Shown here one piece after another: positions 40,361 to 48,846 of a stretch of 64,000 nt of DNA. The stretch covers positions 1,472,001-1,536,000 of the forward strand of contig CAWGVS010000005.1 in assembly GCA_963826115.1 (NCBI GenBank), read 5' to 3'. The position numbers and the translations under genes are program-made. Numbering within the stretch: position 1 is the first letter of the stretch; the number at the start of each line of letters is the position of its first letter. The notes beneath the pieces were generated by a model that worked only from the letters and a program-made list of their open reading frames with translations, did no database searches and was not told where the DNA came from. Source of the DNA: an uncultured Candidatus Rokubacteria bacterium. Lineage in GTDB: Bacteria; Methylomirabilota; Methylomirabilia; Rokubacteriales; DASRDR01.

Positions 40361-40680
40361 TGGAGCGGCGAGTAGGCCGTCGGCTTCCAGATCTCGCTCC
40401 GGATGCGCGCGACGATCGGGCCGTCCTTCTCCGAGTCGGCGCGAACGCGGAGCCAGTCGGGATCCGACCCGAAGCTCCCCCAGGCCTTCTCGCGGTGCGC
40501 GAGGTCCGGGAACCGGACCATGTAGTGGAGCACGTTCGACGTGCCGATCACCACGTCCCAGAACCCCACCACGTCGATGCCGTGCTTCCGGAACAGGCCG
40601 AGCGTGTGGTTCTGGAACCGGGCCTGCATGGCCGGCATGCGCCCGGGAACGATGTCGTAGCTGCGCAGCTCGTAGATCAC
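40357..40680 (-). CDS. NIPSNAP family protein
   Basis: IYELRSY...REKAW...PTAYSPLQ; GTG overlaps the NUDIX stop. Confidence 0.9.
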   Translation of the reverse strand: MIYELRSYDIVPGRMPAMQARFQNHTLGLFRKHGIDVVGFWDVVIGTSNVLHYMVRFPDLAHREKAWGSFGSDPDWLRVRADSEKDGPIVARIRSEIWKPTAYSPLQ

Positions 40681-41282
40681 CGGTCGGCCTCCTCCTGGGG
40701 GTTGGGGCTCGGCGACGTGAGGGCCCGCGCCGCGGCGAGCGCGCGGCGGAGGCCGGGGTCGAGATCGAGGGTCGGGAGCTCGTCCCACGTGAACCACCGG
40801 AGCGCGCGGACCTCGGCGACCAGGCGTCGGAGACTCGCGTCGGGCGGCGCGATCACCAGGTAGCGCAGGTCCAGGTGGCGGTGCGCGGGCTCGTCGCCCC
40901 GCGCCGGGATCGGATGGACGTCGACGTCGAGGGGCCGCGGCGCCGACGGATGAAGGGCCAGCCCCTCGATGCCCGTCTCCTCCCGCGCCTCGCGGAGAGC
41001 CACCGTCTCGCCGTCCCGCTCCCCGGGCTCGGCGTGGCCGCCGGGCTGGAGCCAGCGGCCGAGCTTCCGATGGTGGAGCAGGAGCACTTGGTCGCCCGCC
41101 GCCGACACGACGACCGCGCTGCCGGTCAGGTGGCCCTTCACGATCCGCCGGTCGAAGGGATCGGCGTGCTCGTCCACGAAGGCGAGGATCTCGCCGAGAT
41201 CCGCCGCCTCCTTCGTATCCGCCGGCGCGTGGCACGCGAGCCGGCCGCGGAGCTCGGCGACGGGGCCGACGCCGGCCGTCAC
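40677..41282 (-). CDS. NUDIX hydrolase
   Basis: HLTGSA, WLQPGGH, ALREAREETG and HLDLRY motifs; start approximate. Confidence 0.88.
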   Translation of the reverse strand: MTAGVGPVAELRGRLACHAPADTKEAADLGEILAFVDEHADPFDRRIVKGHLTGSAVVVSAAGDQVLLLHHRKLGRWLQPGGHAEPGERDGETVALREAREETGIEGLALHPSAPRPLDVDVHPIPARGDEPAHRHLDLRYLVIAPPDASLRRLVAEVRALRWFTWDELPTLDLDPGLRRALAAARALTSPSPNPQEEADR

Positions 41283-41410
41283 GGCCTCGCCGTCCCTCGC
41301 GACCTGAAGGCGCTCTCCGCGGGCGATCACGATCGAGAGCACGGTAGGGCGGCGACCACAAGGGTGTCAACAACACCCCCGCCGCGGCGCCCGTATGGCA
41401 CACTCGGGCC

Positions 41411-41830
41411 GTGGGCCTGGGACGCACGACCCGCTTCGCGCCGCTCCCCGCCGGCGCCCGCCGCGTGAGCGTGATGCGGGCCGGCGCGGGCGGCGTGAAG
41501 GCGCTCGCGCCGTCGACCGCGCTCCTCGGCGAGTTCCAGGCCCGGAAGCGCCAGCTCGTCCGCGAGGGCGCCTCGGCCGAGGCCGCCCACTCGAAGGCGC
41601 ACGCCTCGATGGACTACCGGGCGCGGTACCTCGCCGAGATCAAGGGCCGGCCCGACGGCATGGCCGCGCTCCGTCGACTGCTGGAAGAAGCGGGCGCCCG
41701 AGACATCTACCTCATGTGCATGTGCCCGTACCGGACCCCCGGCCGCGCCTGCCACACCTACGCGCTCCTCGACCTCGCCAAGGAGCTCGACCCGTCCCTC
41801 CCCGAGCTCCCCGAGCCCACCCCCCGCTAG
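41411..41830 (+). CDS. Hypothetical protein, DUF488-like
   Basis: LAPS, YRARYLAEI and LMCMC...CH pattern resembles DUF488-type proteins. Confidence 0.6.
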   Translation: MGLGRTTRFAPLPAGARRVSVMRAGAGGVKALAPSTALLGEFQARKRQLVREGASAEAAHSKAHASMDYRARYLAEIKGRPDGMAALRRLLEEAGARDIYLMCMCPYRTPGRACHTYALLDLAKELDPSLPELPEPTPR

Positions 41831-41833
41831 CGT

Positions 41834-41917
41834 CAAACTCCGGGGTCAGGCCTCAGATTTCGATATCGGGGGAAGGTAGGCCCCGATTTCAAAGTTAAGG
41901 CCTGACCCCGGAGTTTG
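41834..41917. repeat. 84-bp palindrome (REP-doublet/MITE-like) between convergent genes
   Basis: Perfect 20-bp inverted arms CAAACTCCGGGGTCAGGCCT / AGGCCTGACCCCGGAGTTTG plus an inner ATCGGGG/CCCCGAT stem. Confidence 0.85.
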
Positions 41918-42233
41918 GGATTGGGTGGCACTGGTCGCAGGGGCACCACTCGCGGAGGCGCTGGAAGGTGAAGATCCCGGTCCCGTGACCGTCGCTCCAG
42001 TGGATCCGGATCGCGTAGCGGCCCACCAGCGCGATCTCGTCGGCCCGGATGTCCGGGCGAACGGTGCGGGGATCCAGCAGGCGCTGGCCGGTCAGCTCGT
42101 GGACGCAGCCGGCGCACGGACAGCGCTCGCGGAGCACCTTGTTCGGGAAGACGCTCCGGTGACCATCCGACCACGTGACGTGAATCTCGCGCCCCTCGAC
42201 GCGGCGGATCTCGACCGGCGACGCGTCCGGCAT
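41895..42233 (-). CDS. DUF971 (gamma-butyrobetaine hydroxylase N-terminal-like) Zn-binding protein
   Basis: WSDGH, LRERCPCAGC and VGRYA...WSDGHGTGIF motifs. Confidence 0.88.
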   Translation of the reverse strand: MPDASPVEIRRVEGREIHVTWSDGHRSVFPNKVLRERCPCAGCVHELTGQRLLDPRTVRPDIRADEIALVGRYAIRIHWSDGHGTGIFTFQRLREWCPCDQCHPIPNSGVRP

Positions 42234-42259
42234 GGTCTCCCCGAGGGGCGCCGCCCGCC

Positions 42260-44701
42260 CTACGCGCGGATCCGCGCGCCCTGCGGATCGAAGAGGACGT
42301 CGGGCGCGACCTGGGCAGCCACGCGCTCGCCGAAGACCTCGACCTCGAGGCGCGTGCCCACCGCCTGGCCGAGATCGACCGGCAGGTACACGAAGCCGAC
42401 GTTCCGGCCCACCGTGTAGCCGTAGCCGCCGCTCCGGAGCCGCCCGAGGACCTGGTCGTCCCGCCACACGGCCTCGCCGCCGTAGATCGTGACGGCGGGG
42501 TCGATGGTCACGGTCGCGAGGCGGCGCGTCGGCCCGTCGGCCTTCGCCCGCACGAGCGCGTCGCGCCCGACGAAGTCGCCCTTTCCGAGGCGGACGCAGA
42601 AGCCGAGCCCCGCCTCGTAGGGATTGTCGGACGGCGTGATGTCCGCGCTCCAGTAGCGGTAGCCCTTCTCGAGCCGGAGCGACTCGAGGGCCTTGTACCC
42701 CACCGGCGCGAGGCCGACCGGCCGCCCCGCCGCGACGAGCGCGTCCCAGACGGCGCCGGCCGCGCGGGGCTCCACGTAGAGCTCCCAGCCGAGCTCGCCG
42801 ACGTAGGTCACGCGCTGGGCCCACACCTCGGCGTCACCGACGCGGATCGTGCGCGCGCTCATGTAGGGGAACCCGGCATTGGACACGTCGTCGCTCGTCA
42901 CCGCCTCGAGGACTCGGCGGGCAGCGGGCCCCCACAGGCCGATCACCGCCAGCTCGTCGGTCACCTCACGGACGTCCACGGACCCGTCCCGCGGCATGTG
43001 CATGCGGATCCACCCGAGGTCGCCGGGCACGAAGCCCGAGCCGGTCACCACGCGGAAGCGGTCCTCGGCGAGTCGGATGACCGTGAGGTCCGCCTCGATC
43101 CCGCCGCGGGAGTTCAGGAACTGCGTGTAGACGACGCTCCCGGGCGGCTTCCCCACGTCGTTGTCCGAGAGGCGCTGGAGAAGCGCGAGCGCGCCCGGTC
43201 CCCGCACCTCGACCTTCCCGAACGAGGTCATGTCGAGGAGGCCCGCGCGCTCTCGCACCGCGCGGTGCTCCTCGCCGACCCGGTCGAAGAAGGCCGGTCG
43301 GCCCCAGCCCCATGCCCGCTGGTCCGCGCCAGCGCGGCGGCCGGGCCGGCCGGGGTCGTAGTAGTTCACGCGCTCCCAGCCGTTCTTCTCGCCGAACACG
43401 CCGCCCAGCGCGAGCCCGCGACCGTCGAGCGGCGAGCGGCGCCGGTCCCGCACCGACTGGTTCTCGTCGTGGGGGTAGCGGAGCATGTAGTAGTAGCGGT
43501 ACGACTCGCGGGCCCGCTCCGCCGCGAAGGCGCGATCCTCGTACACGGGGCCGAAGCGGCGCACGTTCATCTCGCCGACGTCGTAGGGCGGCTCCCCTTC
43601 CACGAGCCACTCGGCCACGATGTCGCCGATCGCGGCGCCGGCGCCGAAGCCCGTGTGGGAGAGCCCGGCCGCCGCCCAGAAGCCCGGCACGCCCGGCACC
43701 GGCCCGAGGAGCGGCCGGCTGTCCGGCGTGATGCCCTCGGGCCCGTTCGTGAGGTGGGCCATCTCCGCCCGCCCGAGGATCGGGACGCGGCGGATCGCGC
43801 CCTCCATGATCTCGCCGAAGAGATCCCAGTCCGACGGCAGGAGCTGCTGCGTGAAGTCCCAGGGCACGCCGTCCACCGACCAGGCCACCGGCTCCCGCTC
43901 GAAGCCGCCGATCAGGAAGCCGCCGACCTCCTCGCGGAGGTAGACCAGGTTCTCCGGGTCGCGGAGGCACGGCGTCCCGCGCGGGAGCTCGTGGCCGGGG
44001 ATCGGCTTGGTCGCGAGGTGCTGGTGGACGAGCGGCGTGATCGGGAGGCTCACCCCCGCCATCGCCGCCACCTGGCGGCCCCACATCCCCGCCGCGTTGA
44101 CCACGATCTCGGCACGGACGCGCCCCCGGTCGGTGACGACGGCCGCGACGGCGCCGTCGGGCGACCGCTCGATGCCCGTGACGCGGACCCCGGTCTCGAC
44201 GGTCACGCCGAGCGCCCGCGCGCGGCGCGCGATCTCGGTCGTGGACCCGCTCGGGTCGATCCAGCCGTCGCCCGGCAGGTACATCGCGCCGTGGAGGTCG
44301 TCGGCGGACATGAGCGGGAACAGGCGCAGCGCCTCGGCGGGCGAGATCGTGTCGACGTCGAGGCCGAGGGCCCGCGCGGTTCCCACCTGACGCCGGAGAA
44401 ACAGCCACTGGTCGCGGCTCGAGGCGACCCGGAGGCTCCCCACCTCGTGCCAGTGCTCGGGCGAGCCCGACTCCGCCTGGAGACTCCGGTAGAAGCGGAT
44501 CGAGTACTGCCGCATCCGCATGATCGTGGGCGAGGTGTGGAAGTGCGTGACCATCCCGGCGGCATGCCAGGTCGACCCGCTGGTGAGCTCGCCCTTGTCG
44601 ACGAGCAGCACGTCGGTCCAGCCCTTCCGCGCCAGGTGATACGCGATGCTGCACCCGGCGATACCGCCGCCGACGATCACGACCCGCGCCTGGTCCTTCA
44701 C
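42260..44701 (-). CDS. FAD-dependent dimethylglycine/sarcosine dehydrogenase-like protein with GcvT domain
   Basis: GGGIAG, SGSTWHAAG, TPDSRP, GWER, YVGELGWE and SLRLEKGY motifs. Confidence 0.94.
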   Translation of the reverse strand: MKDQARVVIVGGGIAGCSIAYHLARKGWTDVLLVDKGELTSGSTWHAAGMVTHFHTSPTIMRMRQYSIRFYRSLQAESGSPEHWHEVGSLRVASSRDQWLFLRRQVGTARALGLDVDTISPAEALRLFPLMSADDLHGAMYLPGDGWIDPSGSTTEIARRARALGVTVETGVRVTGIERSPDGAVAAVVTDRGRVRAEIVVNAAGMWGRQVAAMAGVSLPITPLVHQHLATKPIPGHELPRGTPCLRDPENLVYLREEVGGFLIGGFEREPVAWSVDGVPWDFTQQLLPSDWDLFGEIMEGAIRRVPILGRAEMAHLTNGPEGITPDSRPLLGPVPGVPGFWAAAGLSHTGFGAGAAIGDIVAEWLVEGEPPYDVGEMNVRRFGPVYEDRAFAAERARESYRYYYMLRYPHDENQSVRDRRRSPLDGRGLALGGVFGEKNGWERVNYYDPGRPGRRAGADQRAWGWGRPAFFDRVGEEHRAVRERAGLLDMTSFGKVEVRGPGALALLQRLSDNDVGKPPGSVVYTQFLNSRGGIEADLTVIRLAEDRFRVVTGSGFVPGDLGWIRMHMPRDGSVDVREVTDELAVIGLWGPAARRVLEAVTSDDVSNAGFPYMSARTIRVGDAEVWAQRVTYVGELGWELYVEPRAAGAVWDALVAAGRPVGLAPVGYKALESLRLEKGYRYWSADITPSDNPYEAGLGFCVRLGKGDFVGRDALVRAKADGPTRRLATVTIDPAVTIYGGEAVWRDDQVLGRLRSGGYGYTVGRNVGFVYLPVDLGQAVGTRLEVEVFGERVAAQVAPDVLFDPQGARIRA

Positions 44702-44894
44702 ACGCCTCCCCGCGTCCGCGCTCCCGCGGACGACCGCCCCATTCTTCCCGTGCGGCGATGGTCCGTCAATGGAGCGCGAGCGCCTCGGACGCGCGTCACC
44801 CGGCGCAGGAGAAGGGGCGCGATCCTCGCGGCCTCGCCCCGGGGGCTCGCGGTGTCGATCGGGCTCGCCTTCCCGCCTCCGGCCGCGCGAAGCG

Positions 44895-44957
44895 TCAGGG
44901 TCTTCGATCCTCGTTGCGAGCGGGGATTACGAACGAGACCCTCGTGGCGGCTGCCAT
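44895..44957 (-). pseudogene. GT2 glycosyltransferase N-terminal remnant
   Basis: GGAGG SD followed by MAAATRVSFVIPARNE, then a stop after 20 codons. Confidence 0.55.
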
Positions 44958-45039
44958 AGCGCGTCCGTGACCTCCTGTCCGGGGGGCATGATAGCCTGTC
45001 GCCGCGGCGAGACGGCTGATTCGGCCCTGGCCGCCAACG

Positions 45040-45312
45040 ATGGGTCCGCCACGCGTCACCGTGCTGATGCCTGTGTGGAACGGCGGGGCGCACCTACCCG
45101 CCGCGATCCGCAGCGTCCTCGGCCAGACACTCGTCGATCGCGAGCTGCTCGTCGTCGACGACGGATCGACCGACGATAGCGTCGCGGTGGCTCGCGCCTC
45201 GCACCGCGCGAGCCTCGAGCGGGTGGCCTGCTGCGAGCTGCTCGTCGCCATGCGCCTCGTGGACCGGGAGGAGCTGGCCCGGCTCGAGGCGTGGCTCGCC
45301 CAGGTGGCATGA
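45040..45312 (+). pseudogene. Truncated GT2 glycosyltransferase
   Basis: RVTVLMPVWNG...SVLGQT...LLVVDDGSTD, then homology ends abruptly (90 aa). Confidence 0.75.
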
Positions 45313-46121
45313 CGGCGCGCGGCGGCTGCCCGGGCGCGACGCTCCGCGGCCGGTGGGCCGTGATGGCCCTGCTCCTCGTTGCGACCGCCGCGGGGCCCGC
45401 GGGGCCGGCGCCCCCGGGGGCGGCGACGCCAGCCCGTCAGGCGGTATGGGAGGTCGTCAACAGCGGCCCGCACGACCCTGACGCCTTCGTCCAGGGGCTC
45501 GTGTGGCACGACGGTGGGTTCTTCGAGAGCACGGGCCTCGTCGGCCGGTCCACGCTCCGCCGGGTCGAATGGCCGAGCGGCCGGGCCGTGCGGCGCATCG
45601 ACCTGCCGCGGGACGTGTTCGGCGAAGGCCTGGCCCGGGTCGGCGACCGCCTCGTCCAGCTCACGTGGCGGTCGGAGCGCGGCTTCGTCTACGACCTCGC
45701 GAGCTTCCGGCTGCTCCGCGAGTTCCGCTACTCGGGAGAAGGCTGGGGGCTCGCCTTCGACGGCACCAGTCTCATCCTGAGCGACGGCAGCGACGTGCTC
45801 ACCTACCTCGATCCCAGCCAGTTCGCGCCGACGCGGAGGCTCTCGGTCACCTGGAACGGCCAGCCCGTTCCCCGCCTCAACGAGCTCGAGTTCGTGGACG
45901 GAGAGATCTGGGCGAACGTCTGGTACACGGACGTCATCGTCCGGATCGACCCGGCGTCGGGTCGGGTCTCGTCGTTCCTCGACCTCACGGGGCTGGCGCC
46001 GGACGCCGTCCGCTCCAAGGACGGCGCGGTTCTCAACGGAATCGCCTACGACCCGACGACCCGGCGCGTCTTCGTCACGGGCAAGCTCTGGCCCCGCATC
46101 TTCGAGCTCCGCGTCCGCTAG
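45309..46121 (+). CDS. Glutaminyl-peptide cyclotransferase (secreted)
   Basis: FVQGL, ESTG, FGEG, QLTW, GEGWG, LNELE, ANVW, LNGIAYD and TGKLWP motifs. Confidence 0.93.
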   Translation: MTARGGCPGATLRGRWAVMALLLVATAAGPAGPAPPGAATPARQAVWEVVNSGPHDPDAFVQGLVWHDGGFFESTGLVGRSTLRRVEWPSGRAVRRIDLPRDVFGEGLARVGDRLVQLTWRSERGFVYDLASFRLLREFRYSGEGWGLAFDGTSLILSDGSDVLTYLDPSQFAPTRRLSVTWNGQPVPRLNELEFVDGEIWANVWYTDVIVRIDPASGRVSSFLDLTGLAPDAVRSKDGAVLNGIAYDPTTRRVFVTGKLWPRIFELRVR

Positions 46122-46171
46122 CCGGCCCGGGACGCCACCGTCGGGCCGGTGCTACAATTCGGGCCCGCGGC

Positions 46172-46744
46172 ATGCGTCCCGTCGAACCCACGCACCAGCT
46201 CGGCCGCCCCCCGGAGCCGGAGGGCAGGCCGGTGCGCTTCCACCCGATCGGCCGCGACATGTGGGACGTGGAGAATCCACTGCCGCGCGCGTATCTCCCG
46301 GCGGAGGTCCGCGTCATGCCGACCCGGCTTCACCTGCGCTCGACCCTCCAGCGTCTCTGGCCGACCGACGCGGTCCTGGTCGAGACGCCGACGCGCTGCC
46401 CGAGCCGGAGCGCTGCCCCGGCGCCCGGCGCGGTCCGCTTCGAGGCCGACGAGCCGGAGCGCGTCCGGCTGCGCGTGCGGGCCGACGAGGCCGGCCCGCT
46501 GGTCCCGAGCGACATGTACTATCGAGGCTGGACCGCGACGGTGGACGCACGCCGCGCGCGCGTCCTCCCGGCGAATCTGATCTTCCGGATGGTCTGCGTG
46601 CCCGCCGGCGACCACGTGGTCGAGTTCACGTTCCGTCAACCGAAGTTTCGTCTCGGGCTCGGCATCACGATCGCCACGGCGATCGGGGCCCTGCTCATCG
46701 TGCTGGGGCCCGGCGCGCGGACCCGGATCCGCCGCCCGCGCTGA
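46172..46744 (+). pseudogene. YfhO-family C-terminal fragment
   Basis: ENPLPRA, SDMYYRGWTATVD, ANLIFR, VPAGDHVVEFTF plus a terminal TM; the N-terminal membrane domain is absent. Confidence 0.65.
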
Positions 46745-46770
46745 CCTGGCCCACGGGAGGCTCCGACCCA

Positions 46771-47688
46771 ATGGATCCGAAGACGATTGCCGGGATCTGG
46801 CCCATCCTCTACGCCTTCTTCGACGCCGCGGGGCGGATCGACCGCGCGGCCATGCGGCGGCAGCTCGACGGCTGCGTGGCCGGCCAGGCCCACGGCGTTG
46901 CGGTGATGGGCCTGGCCACGGAGGTGGGCAAGCTCGACATCCGCGAGCGGCGACAGCTCCTCGAGTGGGTCGCCGAGGACCTGGGCGGGCGGAAGCCGCT
47001 GGTCGTCACGATCGCCGAGCCGAGCGTCGAGGGCCAGGCGGAGATGGCACGCGCGGCGGAACGCCTGGGCGCGGGCTGGGTGATCCTCCAGCCGCCGCCG
47101 GTGGCCGGCCTGCCGGAGATCGAGTACGTGCGGTTCTTCGGCGCCGTCGCCGACCGCGTGTCGGTACCGGTCGCGGTCCAGAACGCCCCCGGCTACCTCG
47201 GGGTCAGTCTCTCGAACGCGGGGCTCCGCGAGCTGTCGCGACAGCACCCGAACGTGTGCCTCCTGAAGGGCGAGGGTCCGGCGGTGGTGATCCGCCGTCT
47301 CATCGAGGACACGCAGGGCGCCTTCCGAGTCCTGAACGGCCGCGGCGGCCTCGAGCTGCCCGATAACCTCCGCGCGGGCTGCGTCGGAATGATCCCGGCG
47401 CCGGAGTGCTTCGACGTCCAGGTCCGTATCTACGAGCTGATGCGCACCGGGCGGCCGGAGGACGAGGCGGAGGCGGAGCGGCTCTACCGCGGCATCCTGC
47501 CGCTCCTCGTCTTCCTGATGCAGTCGCTCGAGAACTTCCTCTGCTACGGGAAGCGCCTCACCGCGCGCCGGCTCGGGCTCGGCGAGGTGCACGACCGTCC
47601 GCCATCGCTGCCGCCGACGCCGTTCGGACGCGAGACGACGGAGCGGTACTCGGCGGGCCTCGGCCCCTACGGCGCGGCGGTCGCCTGA
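46771..47688 (+). CDS. Dihydrodipicolinate synthase family protein
   Basis: GLATE, ILQPP, QNAP and Schiff-base Lys in LLKGE. Confidence 0.88.
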   Translation: MDPKTIAGIWPILYAFFDAAGRIDRAAMRRQLDGCVAGQAHGVAVMGLATEVGKLDIRERRQLLEWVAEDLGGRKPLVVTIAEPSVEGQAEMARAAERLGAGWVILQPPPVAGLPEIEYVRFFGAVADRVSVPVAVQNAPGYLGVSLSNAGLRELSRQHPNVCLLKGEGPAVVIRRLIEDTQGAFRVLNGRGGLELPDNLRAGCVGMIPAPECFDVQVRIYELMRTGRPEDEAEAERLYRGILPLLVFLMQSLENFLCYGKRLTARRLGLGEVHDRPPSLPPTPFGRETTERYSAGLGPYGAAVA

Positions 47689-47698
47689 ACGGCAGGGG

Positions 47699-48733
47699 TC
47701 AGATCGCCCGGAGCCAGGTGTCGGAGAGCGTGTAGCCCTCCGGAAAGGGATCCTCGGGATCGCAGCCGTACTGGCCGATGTCGGTCACCCACCCGCGCCC
47801 GGCGACGGTGGTGACCACGGCGGGCTTCCTCCCGACCCGCGTCGTGCCGACGATCTCCGCCAGGAAGTGGCTGCCGATGACGGACTCGTGGTCGAAGAGC
47901 TGCCCGGCGCGGATCTGCCGCCGGGCGTGCATCACGGCGAGCCGCGCGGACGTGCCCGTCCCGCACGGCGAGCGGTCGAGCCGACCCGGCGCGACCACGA
48001 CCGTGTTCCGGGCGGTCAGCCCGCGCCCCTTCTTGCGGAGCGGTCCCCTGAACTCCGTGATCGTCACGTCCCGGATCTTCGAGTTCTCGGGGTGCACGAC
48101 ACGGAGCTGCGCCTTCGCCGCCTCCCGGATCTTCTCGCCCACCGTGCAGATGTCCCGGGCCTCGTCCCGCGTGATCCCGAATCCGAGCTGCGCCGCATCC
48201 ACGAGCGCGTAGTGCATGCCGCCGTAGGCGACGTCGAGCGTCACGGTCCCGACCCCGGGAACCTCCACCTTCGCGTCGAGGTGCTGGACGAAGGCGGGGA
48301 CGTTGCGAAACTTCACCTGGAGGACCCGACCGCCCTCGCACCGGCAGGTCACCTCGATCAGCCCGGCCGGTGCCTCGAGCGTGAGCCGCGTCTCCGGCTC
48401 CCGCATCGGGAGGATGCCCGTCTCCAGGATCGCCGTGACCGTGCAGATCGTGTTGGAGCCCGACATCGGCGGGTATTCCGTCGACTCCATGATCACATAG
48501 CCGAGCGCGGCCTTCGGGTTCCTCGATGGCAGGACGACGTTGGCGCTGTGGACGGCGGCGCCGCGGGGCTCGTAGAGGAGAAACTTCCGGAGACCATCCT
48601 CACGCGTGCGAAGCCACTGCATCTTGTCGAACATCGTGCGGCCCGGGATGTCGACGACGCCGCCCGTGACGACCTTCGCGTACTCCCCCTCGGCGTGCAC
48701 TCCAACCACGGTCAGCGTCCGCTTCCAGCGCAT
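47699..48733 (-). CDS. Proline racemase family protein (Ser/Cys type)
   Basis: HAEGE, EPRG, MSGSNT, DVAYGG and DRSPCGTGT motifs. Confidence 0.92.
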   Translation of the reverse strand: MRWKRTLTVVGVHAEGEYAKVVTGGVVDIPGRTMFDKMQWLRTREDGLRKFLLYEPRGAAVHSANVVLPSRNPKAALGYVIMESTEYPPMSGSNTICTVTAILETGILPMREPETRLTLEAPAGLIEVTCRCEGGRVLQVKFRNVPAFVQHLDAKVEVPGVGTVTLDVAYGGMHYALVDAAQLGFGITRDEARDICTVGEKIREAAKAQLRVVHPENSKIRDVTITEFRGPLRKKGRGLTARNTVVVAPGRLDRSPCGTGTSARLAVMHARRQIRAGQLFDHESVIGSHFLAEIVGTTRVGRKPAVVTTVAGRGWVTDIGQYGCDPEDPFPEGYTLSDTWLRAI

Positions 48734-48846
48734 GGACCCTCCTGGCGCGTGTGCGCGGGCTCCGGTCTACCAGAAGCGCGGGCCCCACTCAACCCCCTCG
48801 CCCCCGGCTTGTCGGGGGCACCCGCGGGCTCATAAGATGCGGCGTA

